From Deltaproteobacteria bacterium (lineage in GTDB: Bacteria; Myxococcota_A; Polyangia; Polyangiales; Houyiibacteriaceae): DNA of 64,000 nucleotides. The number at the start of each line of letters is the position of its first letter. Positions within the stretch are counted from its first letter, which is position 1. The translations under genes were made by a program, and so were the position numbers. Below, in pieces: positions 51,077 through 62,401 of this stretch. The stretch lies in contig JAXMNT010000002.1 of NCBI GenBank assembly GCA_034670305.1, forward strand, positions 64,001-128,000, given 5' to 3'. The notes under the pieces are model-generated. The model saw nothing but the letters and a program-made list of their open reading frames with translations. It made no database searches and had not been told where the DNA came from.

Positions 51077-52432
51077 GTGAAGAAGTACTTCGGAACGGAC
51101 GGGGTTCGCGGACTCGCCAACGCAGGGGTGATCACCCCCGAGATGGCGTTTCGGATCGGCCTCGCGGTCACCTACCAAGCGCGCCAGAAGGTCAGCCACT
51201 CGCCCCGCGTGGTGATCGGCAAAGACACCCGGCTCAGCGGCTACATGCTCGAGACCGCGCTCTCGGCCGGGGTGTGCGCCATGGGTGGTCGAGTGCTGCT
51301 CAGTGGTCCGCTCCCCACGCCCGCGATCGCCCACCTGACCACGAGCATGCGCGCCGACGTCGGCGTGGTGATCAGCGCGTCCCACAACGCCTACCAGGAC
51401 AACGGCATCAAGCTCTTCGGCGGCGACGGGTACAAGCTCGACGACGCGCTCGAAGAACGCCTCGAGGCGCTCATCGACGGCGACGAACTCGACTCCAACC
51501 GGCCGACGGGCATGAGGGTCGGCCGCGCGGGTCGACTCGACGACGCGCCCGGCCGCTACGTGGCGTTCGTGAAAGCCACCTTCCCGAAGGACCGGACCCT
51601 CGACGGAGTGCGCATCGTGGTCGATGCGGCCCACGGTGCGGCCTACCGCGTGGCGCCCTTGGTTTTCGCGGAGCTCGGCGCCGAGGTCCACAGCATCGGC
51701 GTCAAACCCGATGGCAAGAACATCAACAAGAAGTGCGGGGCGATGCACCCGGAGGCCGTGGCGCGCGAAGTGCGCAAGCGGAAGGCGCTTCTCGGGCTCG
51801 CGCTCGACGGGGACGCAGACCGAGTGATCATGGTCGATGAGAAAGGCCAGGTGGTCGATGGCGACGCGTTGATGGCGCTGTGCGCGACCCGCATGTTGGC
51901 CAAGCGGCAACTGCGCAAGAAGACCTTGGTGGCCACGGTGATGAGCAACCTGGGACTCGAACGCGCCATCCAAGATGCCGGTGGCAAGCTGGTCCGGTGT
52001 TCGGTCGGGGACCGCTACGTCGTCGAGACGCTTCGGAACAGGAAGCTCTCGTTCGGCGGTGAACAGAGTGGCCACCTGGTCTTCCTCGACCACGCGACCA
52101 CGGGCGATGGACTCGTGGCTGCGCTGCAGGCGCTCGCGATCGTTCAAGCCGAAGGCCGGCCACTCAGCGAACTCGCCTCCACCGTGATGAGCCGCGTCCC
52201 GCAGCTGCTGCTCAACGAGACGTTCGGCGCCCGCAAGCCGCTCCGGAAGATGCCCTACACCCAAGAAGCGATCTCCAAGGAGTCCGATGCGCTCGGCCAA
52301 GACGGCCGCGTGCTCGTGCGATGGAGCGGCACCGAACCGAAGCTCCGGGTGATGGTCGAAGGTCCCACCGCGGGCCGAATCGACAAAGCCGCGCGGCGGA
52401 TCCTCGCCGCGGCGCGGAAAGACCTCGCCTAG
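51077..52432 (+). CDS. glmM: Phosphoglucosamine mutase
   Basis: [28 protein letters not shown] and RWSGTEP motifs. Confidence 0.97.
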   Translation: MKKYFGTDGVRGLANAGVITPEMAFRIGLAVTYQARQKVSHSPRVVIGKDTRLSGYMLETALSAGVCAMGGRVLLSGPLPTPAIAHLTTSMRADVGVVISASHNAYQDNGIKLFGGDGYKLDDALEERLEALIDGDELDSNRPTGMRVGRAGRLDDAPGRYVAFVKATFPKDRTLDGVRIVVDAAHGAAYRVAPLVFAELGAEVHSIGVKPDGKNINKKCGAMHPEAVAREVRKRKALLGLALDGDADRVIMVDEKGQVVDGDALMALCATRMLAKRQLRKKTLVATVMSNLGLERAIQDAGGKLVRCSVGDRYVVETLRNRKLSFGGEQSGHLVFLDHATTGDGLVAALQALAIVQAEGRPLSELASTVMSRVPQLLLNETFGARKPLRKMPYTQEAISKESDALGQDGRVLVRWSGTEPKLRVMVEGPTAGRIDKAARRILAAARKDLA

Positions 52433-52482
52433 AGCGCAAGGCGCAACACCGCCTCGGCGTCCTGCTATCCGCCGCCCCCGGC

Positions 52483-53862
52483 TCAGCGTCGTCGGCGCAT
52501 CCCGACCCAGGCGAGGAGCGCGAACGCGACCGCAGGCACGCCGCCGTTGCCGCCGGTCCGACAGGAGCAGCCACCGCTGCTCACCGAGCCGCGGCCGCCA
52601 TCGCGTCCCGACCCGCCGCCGTCGACGCCGCCGCCATCCACGCCGGGTCCCGCATCGACGCCCTCCCCGAGGCAGTCGCCTTCGTCGAATGTGCCGTCGC
52701 AATCGTCGTCGAGTCCGTTGGCGCAGATCTCGCGGTGGTCCGGGTGGACTTCGGGGTTGGTGTCGTCGCAATCGGCGAGTTCACTGAATCCGTCTCCGTC
52801 CACATCCGGTCCCCGCGCGTGCCGGTTCTGCAGGCACCGACCCCGCACGCATCCGTGTTCGCAGGAGACCGCGTCGCACGGGTTGGTGTCGGTGCAGACG
52901 CCGTCCATGCAGAACGCTTCGCAGCTTGCTGCATCGCACGGGTCGGGCAGACAGGCACCGCTTGCGCAGCCCCAAGAACAAGCGTGCAGCGTGGAGTCGT
53001 CGCGGCAAGCGATGGCGGTCGCGTCGATCCGGAAGTGCACCGAGTTGACGCCTCGACAGCCGTCCACGACGAACCCGAAGTCTCGGCCCGCCTCGATCTC
53101 CGCCCGCCAGTCGGGGCACCAGTGGTTGAGACAGATGCGGTTCGCCTCGCCGGCCACCAAAAGGAAGGTGCCCATGAAGACCGGCTCGCTCGGCACGCAG
53201 CATCGTCCATGGCTGTTGCCCGGTCGGCACACGCGGCCCGCTTCGCAGTCACCATCGCCGGTGCAGTCCGGGGTGTTGTCCGAGTCGAAGACCAGGAAGC
53301 GGTCGCCCGCGTTGCGCTCCACCGCGTCGCCGGGTGCGTTGCACGAGTTCTGAATCGTGAGGTAACCGGTTTCGTCGAGCTGGTCGTCGCACGACTCGCT
53401 CAGCTCGGTGTCGAAGATCGAGTAGTAGCCCGTCTCGTCCACGAGCAACGTGCCGCACCCTTCCTCCGGCGCCCGGTCCCCCAGTGCAAAGATCTGTCCG
53501 TTGTCGTCTCCGTCGATGTCGTCGATGAACTCGAAGGGCAGATCGCCGCCCGTCGCCGAACAAGGCGGCGGCGGGTCCGAGCACAGGTCGCGGCCGAACT
53601 CGTCCCAGCAGGGGTTGCCGCATTCGGGATCGCAGCTGAGATCGCCGGGGGCGCAGCTCGGGTCGCAGGCTGGGTAATCCGGCGCGTCGCAGTGACAATC
53701 CGCGTTGCAGTCGGGGTTGTCCGGCTCGCGGTAACACGGGGGCGGCGGGATGCAGAACTCGTCGCCGGGTGCACACCCGTGCTGCGCCGAAGCGGTCTCA
53801 GGGATCCATCCGACCGCGGTTACCGCAGTCGCCACTGCTGCCCAAACCAAACACCCGCGCAT
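52483..53862 (-). CDS. Cys-rich surface protein with putative metal-binding motif and MYXO-CTERM sorting signal
   Basis: Signal peptide; DVDGDGF...DCDD...E.C.NGLDDDCDG; C-terminal GGCSC...hydrophobic...RRRR. Confidence 0.85.
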   Translation of the reverse strand: MRGCLVWAAVATAVTAVGWIPETASAQHGCAPGDEFCIPPPPCYREPDNPDCNADCHCDAPDYPACDPSCAPGDLSCDPECGNPCWDEFGRDLCSDPPPPCSATGGDLPFEFIDDIDGDDNGQIFALGDRAPEEGCGTLLVDETGYYSIFDTELSESCDDQLDETGYLTIQNSCNAPGDAVERNAGDRFLVFDSDNTPDCTGDGDCEAGRVCRPGNSHGRCCVPSEPVFMGTFLLVAGEANRICLNHWCPDWRAEIEAGRDFGFVVDGCRGVNSVHFRIDATAIACRDDSTLHACSWGCASGACLPDPCDAASCEAFCMDGVCTDTNPCDAVSCEHGCVRGRCLQNRHARGPDVDGDGFSELADCDDTNPEVHPDHREICANGLDDDCDGTFDEGDCLGEGVDAGPGVDGGGVDGGGSGRDGGRGSVSSGGCSCRTGGNGGVPAVAFALLAWVGMRRRR

Positions 53863-54011
53863 CTTCGACCCCATTCCGAGACTCGGTCTCTCGCAACAGT
53901 GTGCACGCTCCGTACCAGCGAAGAAACCCCCGCACCGGCGTCTGTCGCGACGCGAACGCGGTCGACCGACCCCAACCATGTGGGACCGTCGTCCCCAGCC
54001 GGACAGCGAAT

Positions 54012-54977
54012 CTAGGGCGTGACCGGCTCTGCGGGTTCGGATTCGCGCACCACCAGCTCGATGCTGGCCGGCTCGACCCGAACGATCTCGATGCCCGCCG
54101 GGACGCCGCGGAGCGCGACTGGCAACACCACTGGACCCGCGCCCGCATCGCCGATGTCGACGTAGGGAATCACGGAAGCGGGGTCGACCAGGTCGACTTC
54201 GTTCGGCACGCCGCGAAGGATCACGCTGATGGCCTCGGGTCGCATCGATGCCGCTTCCCCGCCTTCCACCTGAACCCGAAGTCCCGGAAGCGAACGTTCC
54301 GCCAGATCGGGCACCACCTCGATGCGAACGCGGCTCGGACCGTCCTGCCCGTAGCGGGAGTACGGCGGAGGTGGCTCGAGGCGGGTGCGCACCTGATGAA
54401 TGCCGGCCTCGAGCCCACCGAGCTCGATGGGTTCCGTCCGGACCGAACGCATGTCGCGCAGCTCCTCGGCTGGACCGACCACGGTGACCTCCGCGGGATC
54501 CACGCGGGCCGGCTCGCCAAGCGCGAGCCCGTCGCTGGGTGTGCCGGTCAAGGTCGGCTGCACCGGCAGCGTGCGCTCGAGTCGGTCTGCCCAGCGCAGC
54601 GAGATGGACGCCGGTGCCACTTGAGAAATGGCGATGCCCGCGGGCACCTCGAACTCGTCGTCCGCAAAGTAGTAGTAGTGCAGGTCCGTGTCCGTCAGAT
54701 CGATCTGAACCGGTGGAATCGCACCCGGCCGGATCGAGTTCAGCTGCGACCGGCTGCCCCGCAATGTCAGCCGCACCTGGTCGGGCAACTCGCTGACCAA
54801 CATCTGCTCCGTCGATGGCAGCGGCAGCAACGCGACGACATCGACGAACACCGATCGCTGCGCGTCCTCGGCGCCCCGCACCAGACTGAACAGCACGATG
54901 GCCGCAGCGAGCGAAAGAAGCTTGAGGCCGAGGTTGTTGGTCAGCAGGTCCCGCGCCGTGCGCTCGCGCATCTTCAC
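54012..54977 (-). CDS. cdaR: YbbR-repeat regulator CdaR
   Basis: NNLGLKLLSLAAAIVLF TM helix; P..V.V.G repeats; translationally coupled to cdaA. Confidence 0.85.
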   Translation of the reverse strand: MKMRERTARDLLTNNLGLKLLSLAAAIVLFSLVRGAEDAQRSVFVDVVALLPLPSTEQMLVSELPDQVRLTLRGSRSQLNSIRPGAIPPVQIDLTDTDLHYYYFADDEFEVPAGIAISQVAPASISLRWADRLERTLPVQPTLTGTPSDGLALGEPARVDPAEVTVVGPAEELRDMRSVRTEPIELGGLEAGIHQVRTRLEPPPPYSRYGQDGPSRVRIEVVPDLAERSLPGLRVQVEGGEAASMRPEAISVILRGVPNEVDLVDPASVIPYVDIGDAGAGPVVLPVALRGVPAGIEIVRVEPASIELVVRESEPAEPVTP

Positions 54978-55936
54978 GAGGACTCCTCGGCGCTCGACGC
55001 GGCGGCGGTCGGCACGGCGGCGATCGCATCGTCTTCATCTGGAACCAGACTGATGCGCTCGGCGGACTTCTGGGTCGCTGCGCGCTTCTTCTTCTTCTTT
55101 TTCGGAATCACGGCGTCCGCAGCTTTGGTGGGCCGGTAAAAGAGTCCGAACAACGCTTCGCGAAGGGAATCCGCGTCGAGGTTCCGCACGATGTTGCCGT
55201 TGAAGCACAACGAGACGGCACCGCGTTCTTCGCTCACCACGACCACGACCGCGTCGGTCTCTTCGGAGATTCCGAGCGCCGCGCGGTGACGGGTGCCCAA
55301 GGTCCGGTCGTGGCTGCCGCCGCTCAGCGGCAACACGGCGCCGGCTTGCCAGACGCGCCCTTCCCTCACGATCACCGCGCCATCGTGCATCGGGTTCTCG
55401 AAGCTGGGAATGAAGATGCTGTAGAGCAACTCCTTGCTGACGGCTGCGTCGAGCGTGGTGCCGTTTTCGATGAACTCACCGAGCTCCGCTTCACGCTCGA
55501 AGACGACCAGGCCACCAATGCGTTTCTGGGCGAGTGCGATGGCGGCTTTGACCACTTCTTCGATGACCGCCGTCTCGCGTGCGGTGCGCTGTCCGCGGAA
55601 GAGCGGACCGCGCCCGACCCGCATCAACGCGCGCCGGATGTCCGCTTGGAAGATGACGACCACGACGAGCACGAAGTACGTGACGATCGAGTCGAGAATC
55701 GTCCACACGGTGATGAGCCCGAGCTTGCGCGCACCGAGGTACGCGATGGACACGAGCAAGAGTCCGAGCGCCATCTGCATCGCGCGGGTACCGCGAATGA
55801 TCAGCAGACCCCAGTAGATGGCGACGGCCACGATGCCCACGTCGAGCGCGTCTTTGAGCACCTCGGTGATCGGCCGCTCGAAGAACCCGAAGAGGCCGTT
55901 CGCCATCTCCCCGAGCCATGTCCAGAACGCCTCCAT
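54974..55936 (-). CDS. cdaA: Membrane diadenylate cyclase CdaA
   Basis: Three TM helices; IFQADIRRAL, HDGA, GTRHRAALG and VSEE motifs. Confidence 0.95.
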   Translation of the reverse strand: MEAFWTWLGEMANGLFGFFERPITEVLKDALDVGIVAVAIYWGLLIIRGTRAMQMALGLLLVSIAYLGARKLGLITVWTILDSIVTYFVLVVVVIFQADIRRALMRVGRGPLFRGQRTARETAVIEEVVKAAIALAQKRIGGLVVFEREAELGEFIENGTTLDAAVSKELLYSIFIPSFENPMHDGAVIVREGRVWQAGAVLPLSGGSHDRTLGTRHRAALGISEETDAVVVVVSEERGAVSLCFNGNIVRNLDADSLREALFGLFYRPTKAADAVIPKKKKKKRAATQKSAERISLVPDEDDAIAAVPTAAASSAEESS

Positions 55937-56916
55937 CAGCGCACGCCCAAACGGGCAGGCGCACCGGTCGATTGCGCAACGGCGTGGACCAGCTGCGTCG
56001 CTTGAAACGCAGCCGCGACGTCGTGGACCCGGACCGCACGCGCGCCAGCCAGCGCCGCCCACGTCGTGGTCGCCGTGGTCCCGTGTTCGCGCCCCAGCGG
56101 GCCGGGGCGTGCGCCGTCCGCGCCCGGTGCCAACGCACCGATGAACGACTTGCGGGAAGCGCCGAGCAACACGGGGTGACCCAGCGTGGTCAGTTCCGCC
56201 AGGTGTGCGAGCAGCCGCGCGGACTGCGCCGGCGTCTTGGCGAACCCGAGCCCCGGATCGATCCAGATGTCCTGCGGATCGATGCCCCGACCCACCGCGC
56301 GCCCGATGGCAACCTGGAGCTCGGAGATCACCTCGGACACCACGTCGTCGTAGTCCGTGTTCGGCGGTGCGACCTCACCCCGTCCGCGGGTGTGCATCAA
56401 GACGCAACCGGCCCCGAAAAGCGCGACCTCGTCGAGCAGCGCCTCGCTGCGCCCCATCGAGACGTCGTTGATGATGTGGGCGCCCGCTTGCAGGCAGATG
56501 CACGCCACCGACGGTTTCACGGTGTCGATCGAGAGCGTGGTCTGCGGCGCATGCTTCCGGAGCCCACGGATCACCTCGAGCACCCGGGCGGTCTCCTCGG
56601 CGGCGTCCACCTCGTCTGCACCCGCACCGTACGCGCTGCCTTTCGGGCGGGAGCTCTCCCCCCCGATGTCGATGACGTCCGCTCCGAGGCGGATCATCTC
56701 GAGCCCGTGGGCGATGGCGGCGTCGGTATCGAGGTACGCGCCGCCGTCGCTGAAGGAGTCCGGGGTGACGTTCAGGACACCCCAGACCTCGCAGCGTGGG
56801 GTGTCGGCAAGAGAGTCCAACAAACGCGACGCGAGCGGAGCCTCATGGACCCCACCCGCACTCATTGCGTCTGTTTCAGACTCTTGCCCTGTGGTGCGCA
56901 ACGGGCGCCCACTCAT
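55936..56916 (-). CDS. folP: Dihydropteroate synthase (start may be 56865)
   Basis: GVLNVTPDSFSDGG, IDPGLGFAK, GASRKSF and RVHDV motifs. Confidence 0.95.
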   Translation of the reverse strand: MSGRPLRTTGQESETDAMSAGGVHEAPLASRLLDSLADTPRCEVWGVLNVTPDSFSDGGAYLDTDAAIAHGLEMIRLGADVIDIGGESSRPKGSAYGAGADEVDAAEETARVLEVIRGLRKHAPQTTLSIDTVKPSVACICLQAGAHIINDVSMGRSEALLDEVALFGAGCVLMHTRGRGEVAPPNTDYDDVVSEVISELQVAIGRAVGRGIDPQDIWIDPGLGFAKTPAQSARLLAHLAELTTLGHPVLLGASRKSFIGALAPGADGARPGPLGREHGTTATTTWAALAGARAVRVHDVAAAFQATQLVHAVAQSTGAPARLGVR

Positions 56917-56927
56917 GCCATCCCCCG

Positions 56928-58847
56928 TCAGCCTGCGCTGGGTACCTCTCGCGGACGCGGCTGAAAGATCGAGCCCTTCCGCTTGTCCTTCTCGTCCTTC
57001 TTCTTCTCATCGTAGCTCAGGATGATGATCCGCTCCGCTGGCGGCATCTCCCGACCGTCTCGGATCGCGTCGAGTTCTTCGCGACCAATGGTCTCGCGCT
57101 CGAGCAGCGCTTCGGCGATCTTGTCGAGGCGTTCCCGGTTCTCCTCGATCAGCGCGCGGGCTCGGGCGTACTGGGCATCGATGATGCTTCGCACTTCCGC
57201 GTCGATCTGGTTCGCCGTCGAGTCGGAGTATTCTTTGTGGTAGCTCGCGCCGAGGAAGCCGGACTCTTCGCGCTCGACGTAGGCGAGCGGCCCGAGCGCT
57301 TTGGTCATGCCCCACTCGGTCACCATGGACCGGGCCCGCTGGGTGGCTTTCTTGAAGTCGTCCGCGGCGCCCGTCGTGAGCTGACCGAACACCACTTCTT
57401 CGGCGATGCGGCCCGAGAGCATCATCGCGATCTGGTCGAGGAGCCATTCGCTCGACACGCTGAGCCGATCCTCTTCGGGCAACGTCATCGTCACACCAAG
57501 GGCCGGGCCGCGGGGAATGATGGTGACCTTGTGAATCGGGTCGTGGTTGGGGAGCAGCATGCCGACGAGGGCGTGACCGGCCTCGTGGTAGGCGGTCGTG
57601 CGCTTCTCTTTGTCGCTGATGACCATCGAGCGGCGTTCGGATCCCATGAGGACCTTGTCCTTCGCCATCTCGATGTCGCTCATCGACACGAAGTCCTTGT
57701 CCTGTCGCGCAGCGAGCAGGGCTGCCTCGTTCACGAGGTTCTCGAGGTCGGCGCCGCTGAACCCAGGGGTGCCTCGGCCGATCACTTCGAGTTCGACGTC
57801 GGGCGCGAGCGGGACCTTCCGGGTGTGCACCTGAAGGATGCCGCAGCGTCCCTTGAGGTCGGGCCGGGGCACGATGATGCGTCGGTCGAATCGGCCGGGG
57901 CGCAGAATCGCCGGGTCGAGGACGTCGGGCCGGTTGGTCGCGGCGATGATGATCACACCATCGGTCGACTCGAACCCGTCCATCTCGACCAGGAGCTGGT
58001 TCAGGGTCTGCTCGCGCTCGTCGTGCCCGCCGCCGAGGCCGGAGCCACGGTGCCGACCGACCGCGTCGATCTCATCGATGAAGATGATGCAGGGCGCGTG
58101 CTTCTTGCCTTGCTCGAACAGGTCGCGCACGCGGCTCGCGCCGACGCCCACGAACATCTCGACGAAGTCCGAACCAGAGATGCTGAAGAACGGGACGCCC
58201 GCCTCGCCCGCGATGGCGCGCGCCAAGAGGGTCTTGCCGGTGCCGGGCGCGCCCATGAGCAGTACGCCCTTCGGGATGCGGCCGCCGAGCCGTTGGAACT
58301 TCTTCGGGTCCTTGAGGAACTCGATGATTTCTTGGCAGTCGTCCTTCGCCTCGTCGATGCCTGCGACGTCGGCGAACGTGACCTTGTTCTGCGACTCGTT
58401 CAGCAACCGCGCCTTGGACTTGCCAAAGCTCATCGCCTTGCCCCCGGATGCTTGGAGCTGTCGCATGAAGAAGAAAAAGATCACCAGCAAGAAGATCATC
58501 GGCAGCCACGTGACGAGCAGACTCGTCCACAGGCTGTTCTGATCCTCGGGCAGCCACTTCACCGCGACCGAGTGGTCTTCGAGGAGCTGATCGATGCGGT
58601 CGCTGATGCGGCCTTCGGTGAGCTTCTTCTCCGGCCGCTCGCCCACTCGGACCCAGTACGTGTACTGGCCGCTGTGCTCGCGCGGTTGGATCTCCACCTT
58701 CTCGACGTTGCCGGCGCGCACGTCTTCGATGAACTGCGTGAAGTTCACAGCGCGCGGACTGTCGTCGCCGTCGACCAGTTTCCAGATCGCGACGAACATC
58801 AGGATCAGGAGGACCCAGAGCAGGAGTGTCTTGTGGCTTTGCTTCAC
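56928..58847 (-). CDS. ftsH: ATP-dependent zinc metalloprotease FtsH
   Basis: Two TM helices; [15 protein letters not shown] and HEAGH motifs; GAGG RBS before GTG. Confidence 0.98.
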   Translation of the reverse strand: MKQSHKTLLLWVLLILMFVAIWKLVDGDDSPRAVNFTQFIEDVRAGNVEKVEIQPREHSGQYTYWVRVGERPEKKLTEGRISDRIDQLLEDHSVAVKWLPEDQNSLWTSLLVTWLPMIFLLVIFFFFMRQLQASGGKAMSFGKSKARLLNESQNKVTFADVAGIDEAKDDCQEIIEFLKDPKKFQRLGGRIPKGVLLMGAPGTGKTLLARAIAGEAGVPFFSISGSDFVEMFVGVGASRVRDLFEQGKKHAPCIIFIDEIDAVGRHRGSGLGGGHDEREQTLNQLLVEMDGFESTDGVIIIAATNRPDVLDPAILRPGRFDRRIIVPRPDLKGRCGILQVHTRKVPLAPDVELEVIGRGTPGFSGADLENLVNEAALLAARQDKDFVSMSDIEMAKDKVLMGSERRSMVISDKEKRTTAYHEAGHALVGMLLPNHDPIHKVTIIPRGPALGVTMTLPEEDRLSVSSEWLLDQIAMMLSGRIAEEVVFGQLTTGAADDFKKATQRARSMVTEWGMTKALGPLAYVEREESGFLGASYHKEYSDSTANQIDAEVRSIIDAQYARARALIEENRERLDKIAEALLERETIGREELDAIRDGREMPPAERIIILSYDEKKKDEKDKRKGSIFQPRPREVPSAG

Positions 58848-59119
58848 GGACACCTCGTGCCCACGTCACGACCCGAAACGGACGGGAGGTGCGGGAGCGG
58901 AACACTCGAACGGAGACGGTGAGAATGGATGATCACAGGGTACCCACCTCACGTGGGCCCAAACAAGTTCGTAGACCCCACGAGGAGCATCCGCAAGCGT
59001 CGGAAATGATTTTGAATCCGGGAGTTGGCTCGGGGGCGCGGACGAACTCCTCCATGAACGGTGTTCTCATGTCACGTCGGTCGCGTCCCGAGGCGAAACG
59101 TGACGCTCCGAGGTCGCGT

Positions 59120-60124
59120 TCAGACCGGCGGGGGCTTGGGTGGGCCGACCGCTTGCACACACACCCGCCCCTCCACGACACACACCGCGGCGGCGTCCGA
59201 GGTGCGGACCTCCCCCGCCCCCGTGCAGACCAGGTGATCCACCGCAATAAGCCGGTCGTCGGAGGGTTCCTGGCCGATCTGGCGACGCAGCCACTGACGA
59301 AGCACCTCCCGCCGCGTACCGCCGCTCAGCCGCTTCAGCCGGACCCTCGAGAGCCCCGACCCCGTCTCGACCCGCACCAGCCAGCGACGACCTCGCGCCC
59401 GCCGGGCGCGCGTGGCGTCCGCTGCGTCCGCCGCCAAGGCCGCGAGGTGGTCCTTCGCGCGCGGGTCGATCTGTTCGAGGGTCGACCACAGATCTCGAAT
59501 GCGTGCCCGCTCGAATCGGAGGTCTTCGTTGGAGGGATCTTCGATCCACGCGACGCCACGAGACCGCAGCCAACCCCGCAGTTCCTCGCGCCGGATTTCG
59601 AGCAACGGGCGCACGACCCCATCGCGCCGCCGAAAAGCGACCCCCCGGAGCGCACTGACCCTGCCACCACGCAGCGCTCGGGACAGCACGGTCTCCGCCT
59701 GGTCGTCCAGCGTGTGGCCGGTCGCGACAAAGGTCGCCCCCACCCGCTGCGCGCACTCCTGAAGCGCCCGGTAGCGCAGACGCCGAGCTCGGTCGTGCAG
59801 GTTGCCCCCAGCGCCGAGATCCACCCGCAAGGGCTCGAACCCGAGCCCGAGACTGGCGGCAAACGTGCCCACGAACGCGACCTCGTCGCGCGCTTCGGCA
59901 CGCAGGCCATGGTCGACCGAAGCAACCGTCAGCTGCATCGGACATCGGTGCCGCGCTTCGTGAAGCGCGAGCACGAGGCCGATGCTGTCTCCGCCCCCCG
60001 AACACGCGACCAGGACGTGCGGCGCACCCGCGGTGGCGGGCGTGCCGGCCAAGGGACGCAGGAGCCGGTGGCATTCGATCGTGTGGAGGACCTGCTCCTT
60101 CACGCCCCGGCGCGATCGGCTCAT
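59120..60124 (-). CDS. tilS: tRNA(Ile)-lysidine synthetase
   Basis: ACSGGGDS, DHGLR, GHTLDDQAET, RPLL and EDPSN motifs. Confidence 0.93.
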   Translation of the reverse strand: MSRSRRGVKEQVLHTIECHRLLRPLAGTPATAGAPHVLVACSGGGDSIGLVLALHEARHRCPMQLTVASVDHGLRAEARDEVAFVGTFAASLGLGFEPLRVDLGAGGNLHDRARRLRYRALQECAQRVGATFVATGHTLDDQAETVLSRALRGGRVSALRGVAFRRRDGVVRPLLEIRREELRGWLRSRGVAWIEDPSNEDLRFERARIRDLWSTLEQIDPRAKDHLAALAADAADATRARRARGRRWLVRVETGSGLSRVRLKRLSGGTRREVLRQWLRRQIGQEPSDDRLIAVDHLVCTGAGEVRTSDAAAVCVVEGRVCVQAVGPPKPPPV

Positions 60125-61404
60125 TCGCAGTCGACGAACATCCGGTAGCGGCCCCCGGAGGAGCGCGCGCCGTACAGCACGGTGAAGCTCGGCCGCGCGA
60201 CGATGGAGACGCTGCCGTCGCCGCCGCCGAGCGCGATGGTCGAGCGCACGTACGCGCGGAGCGTGTTGTCGAGCACCCAGCCGCGGGCACCAGGGTCATC
60301 CAGAATCGCGATGTTCGGCCCTTCGCGATCGATGCGCACGTCCTGCACGAGGGCGGCCGGACCGGGTTCGGGTTCCGAGGTGGCACCGTCGGCGTCGAAG
60401 CGCTGCAGCGTCATGCCGATGCCGTCGTCGTACGCGACCACGACCTGGTCCGTATCGCTCGCGAGCGCACCGCGGCCGAGTCCTTCGACGCCCATGGGAC
60501 CCGGCGCCGCCAACGTCGTGGCGCGCCCGACAAAACGGATCCCGTCGCGAATCACCACGGCCAGATCGGAACCGGTGCTGGCGATGTCGAGCCCGGGGTG
60601 CTCCGCGTCGATCGGGAGCACATCCAGCACGATCGGCTCGGCTTCGAGATCCGTCCAGACGATGCGTTCGGGCAACCCAGGACCGGTCATGACGTCCGCC
60701 GCCATCGCCCAACCCGCACCGTGCGGCACGAGCGCGAGGTCGAGCACCTGCCCACCCGCGTCGAACTCGGTGGGCCCTTCCAACGTCTCGAGCGACGACC
60801 CGAGCACCACGTACCGCAACGCGCCGATGTCGGTCTGGGCGACGACGAGCGTGGTGTCCTCTCGCGCCGACGCGGCGAACTTCAGGAACGCGCCACCGCG
60901 CGCGAGACGCATCAGTTCGAACGGGATGTCGGGGACGCCCGACCGGTCGAGTTCGCGGGCGAAGAGCGCGGAGTCGCTGCCGTCGACGAGCAAGATGTGC
61001 TCGCCGGCGCGGGTCACGATCGCCCGGGTGTCGGTGACGCCCGGGGCGGTTGCATCGAAGCTTCGGGGGGGCGCCCCTTCGTCGATGCGGGTGTCGCAGT
61101 CTTGATCGATCCCATCGCACCGTTCGAATGCGCTGGGGTTCACCGACGGGTCGGTGTCGTCGCAGTCGAGGCCACAACCGAGTGGGGGTTCCCCGTCCCC
61201 GTCCCGGTCGATGAAGGGGCTGATCTCGGCGCACAGACCAGCGAGGCACCGAAAGTCCGCGCACATGTCGACTCGGCAGTCTTCGTCGAAGACACACGTG
61301 GGTTCGTCGCTGCGATCGATGTCCCGGTCGTCGGGCGGGCTGCTGCCGCAGCTGTCGAAGGGCACGCCCCAGACGAGGCTCAGCGCAAGCGCGATACGAA
61401 GCAT
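60121..61404 (-). CDS. Secreted protein with putative metal-binding motif
   Basis: DRDGDG..DCDDTDPSVNP...ERCDGIDQDCD; stop overlaps the tilS start. Confidence 0.75.
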   Translation of the reverse strand: MLRIALALSLVWGVPFDSCGSSPPDDRDIDRSDEPTCVFDEDCRVDMCADFRCLAGLCAEISPFIDRDGDGEPPLGCGLDCDDTDPSVNPSAFERCDGIDQDCDTRIDEGAPPRSFDATAPGVTDTRAIVTRAGEHILLVDGSDSALFARELDRSGVPDIPFELMRLARGGAFLKFAASAREDTTLVVAQTDIGALRYVVLGSSLETLEGPTEFDAGGQVLDLALVPHGAGWAMAADVMTGPGLPERIVWTDLEAEPIVLDVLPIDAEHPGLDIASTGSDLAVVIRDGIRFVGRATTLAAPGPMGVEGLGRGALASDTDQVVVAYDDGIGMTLQRFDADGATSEPEPGPAALVQDVRIDREGPNIAILDDPGARGWVLDNTLRAYVRSTIALGGGDGSVSIVARPSFTVLYGARSSGGRYRMFVDCE

Positions 61405-61544
61405 GGGCACGAGGATAGCCGACAATCCGCGGGTGCGTTCGACCGCTTCGTCGGTTGTTCGATCGCGCCCGCGCGCCCACCAATTGCCAACGGCCCCGAC
61501 TCCGAAGAGGCGAGGCCGTTCGCAGTACGGATCGGCTCAGAGAA

Positions 61545-62213
61545 TCAGAAGCTGCCGCTGAAGAGGGAGAGGTGGAACTCGGTCCGCTGCTCTCCGCCGT
61601 ACTGGGCGAGCTCTTGGTTCGTGAACGTCTGCTGAACACCGAAGCCCGGCACGCCGAGCTGAAGTCGCTGGTTGCCGTAGCGAAGCAGGCCCGCACCGAC
61701 AGCGGCCTGGCGCTGCGCGTTGCGCGCGCGCTCCATCGCGGCGGTCTCTTCGGCTGCAGCCGCATCGTCCGCGGGGAGATCCGCCGGGTCTTCGACTTCA
61801 CCCTCTGGTGTGTCGGCCTGCTCGGGTGCGTCGTCGTCTGGGTCGTACGCGGTCACCGCGAGCGTCAGCACGAGCGAGGGCACGATGAGCGCGAGGCCCA
61901 GCGTCAACATCGCGACCGCTGCGCGCGGCTTGTCCTTGTTGTCGATCAAGAAGTGGCCGGCGACCGCGCCACCTGCCGCTCCGATGACCGGAAACAAGAT
62001 GAGCGCCCACGTGTCGTCGAGCCCAGCCGCAGCCGGGATCACCAGACCGAGCTCCGCTCCAATGAAGCCGAGACCGATCAGGCCCTTCGGCGACGCGTCG
62101 ACCTGCACCGGCACAGGGTCCTGTGCATGTGCCGTCTGGGGCGCGGAGAACGTCATCATCAGGGCGGCTGCGAGGGCTGCCACCCAACTCATTTGGCCAA
62201 TCTTCGAACGCAA
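61545..62213 (-). CDS. Hypothetical membrane protein
   Basis: Signal peptide ...AHAQ, three Gly-rich hydrophobic helices and C-terminal LFSGSF. Confidence 0.7.
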   Translation of the reverse strand: MRSKIGQMSWVAALAAALMMTFSAPQTAHAQDPVPVQVDASPKGLIGLGFIGAELGLVIPAAAGLDDTWALILFPVIGAAGGAVAGHFLIDNKDKPRAAVAMLTLGLALIVPSLVLTLAVTAYDPDDDAPEQADTPEGEVEDPADLPADDAAAAEETAAMERARNAQRQAAVGAGLLRYGNQRLQLGVPGFGVQQTFTNQELAQYGGEQRTEFHLSLFSGSF

Positions 62214-62401
62214 GGATTTCCCCTCCAGAGGTCGGCCGGCACCTTACATGCCCGGCTCGGGCTTGTCGATCGGTGGTTTCTTCGCTGCGTTTTCCAGAAG
62301 ACAGCACTCGGAACCCCGGTCGTGACAGAGGTTGCCTCAAACCGGCCACAAGTTCACGCGGCCGCGTAGAAGTGGGAAGCGCTTCCTGTTATAGCTGCCC
62401 G

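Noticed and set aside
56796-58922. Long antisense ORFs over ftsH (likewise over lepA, mdh and the caspase)
   Set aside because: Typical shadow ORFs from GC3-biased codon use
58848-59119. Possible riboswitch or small ORF between tilS and ftsH
   Set aside because: No recognisable RNA motif or credible coding signal by eye; probably just the ftsH promoter/leader
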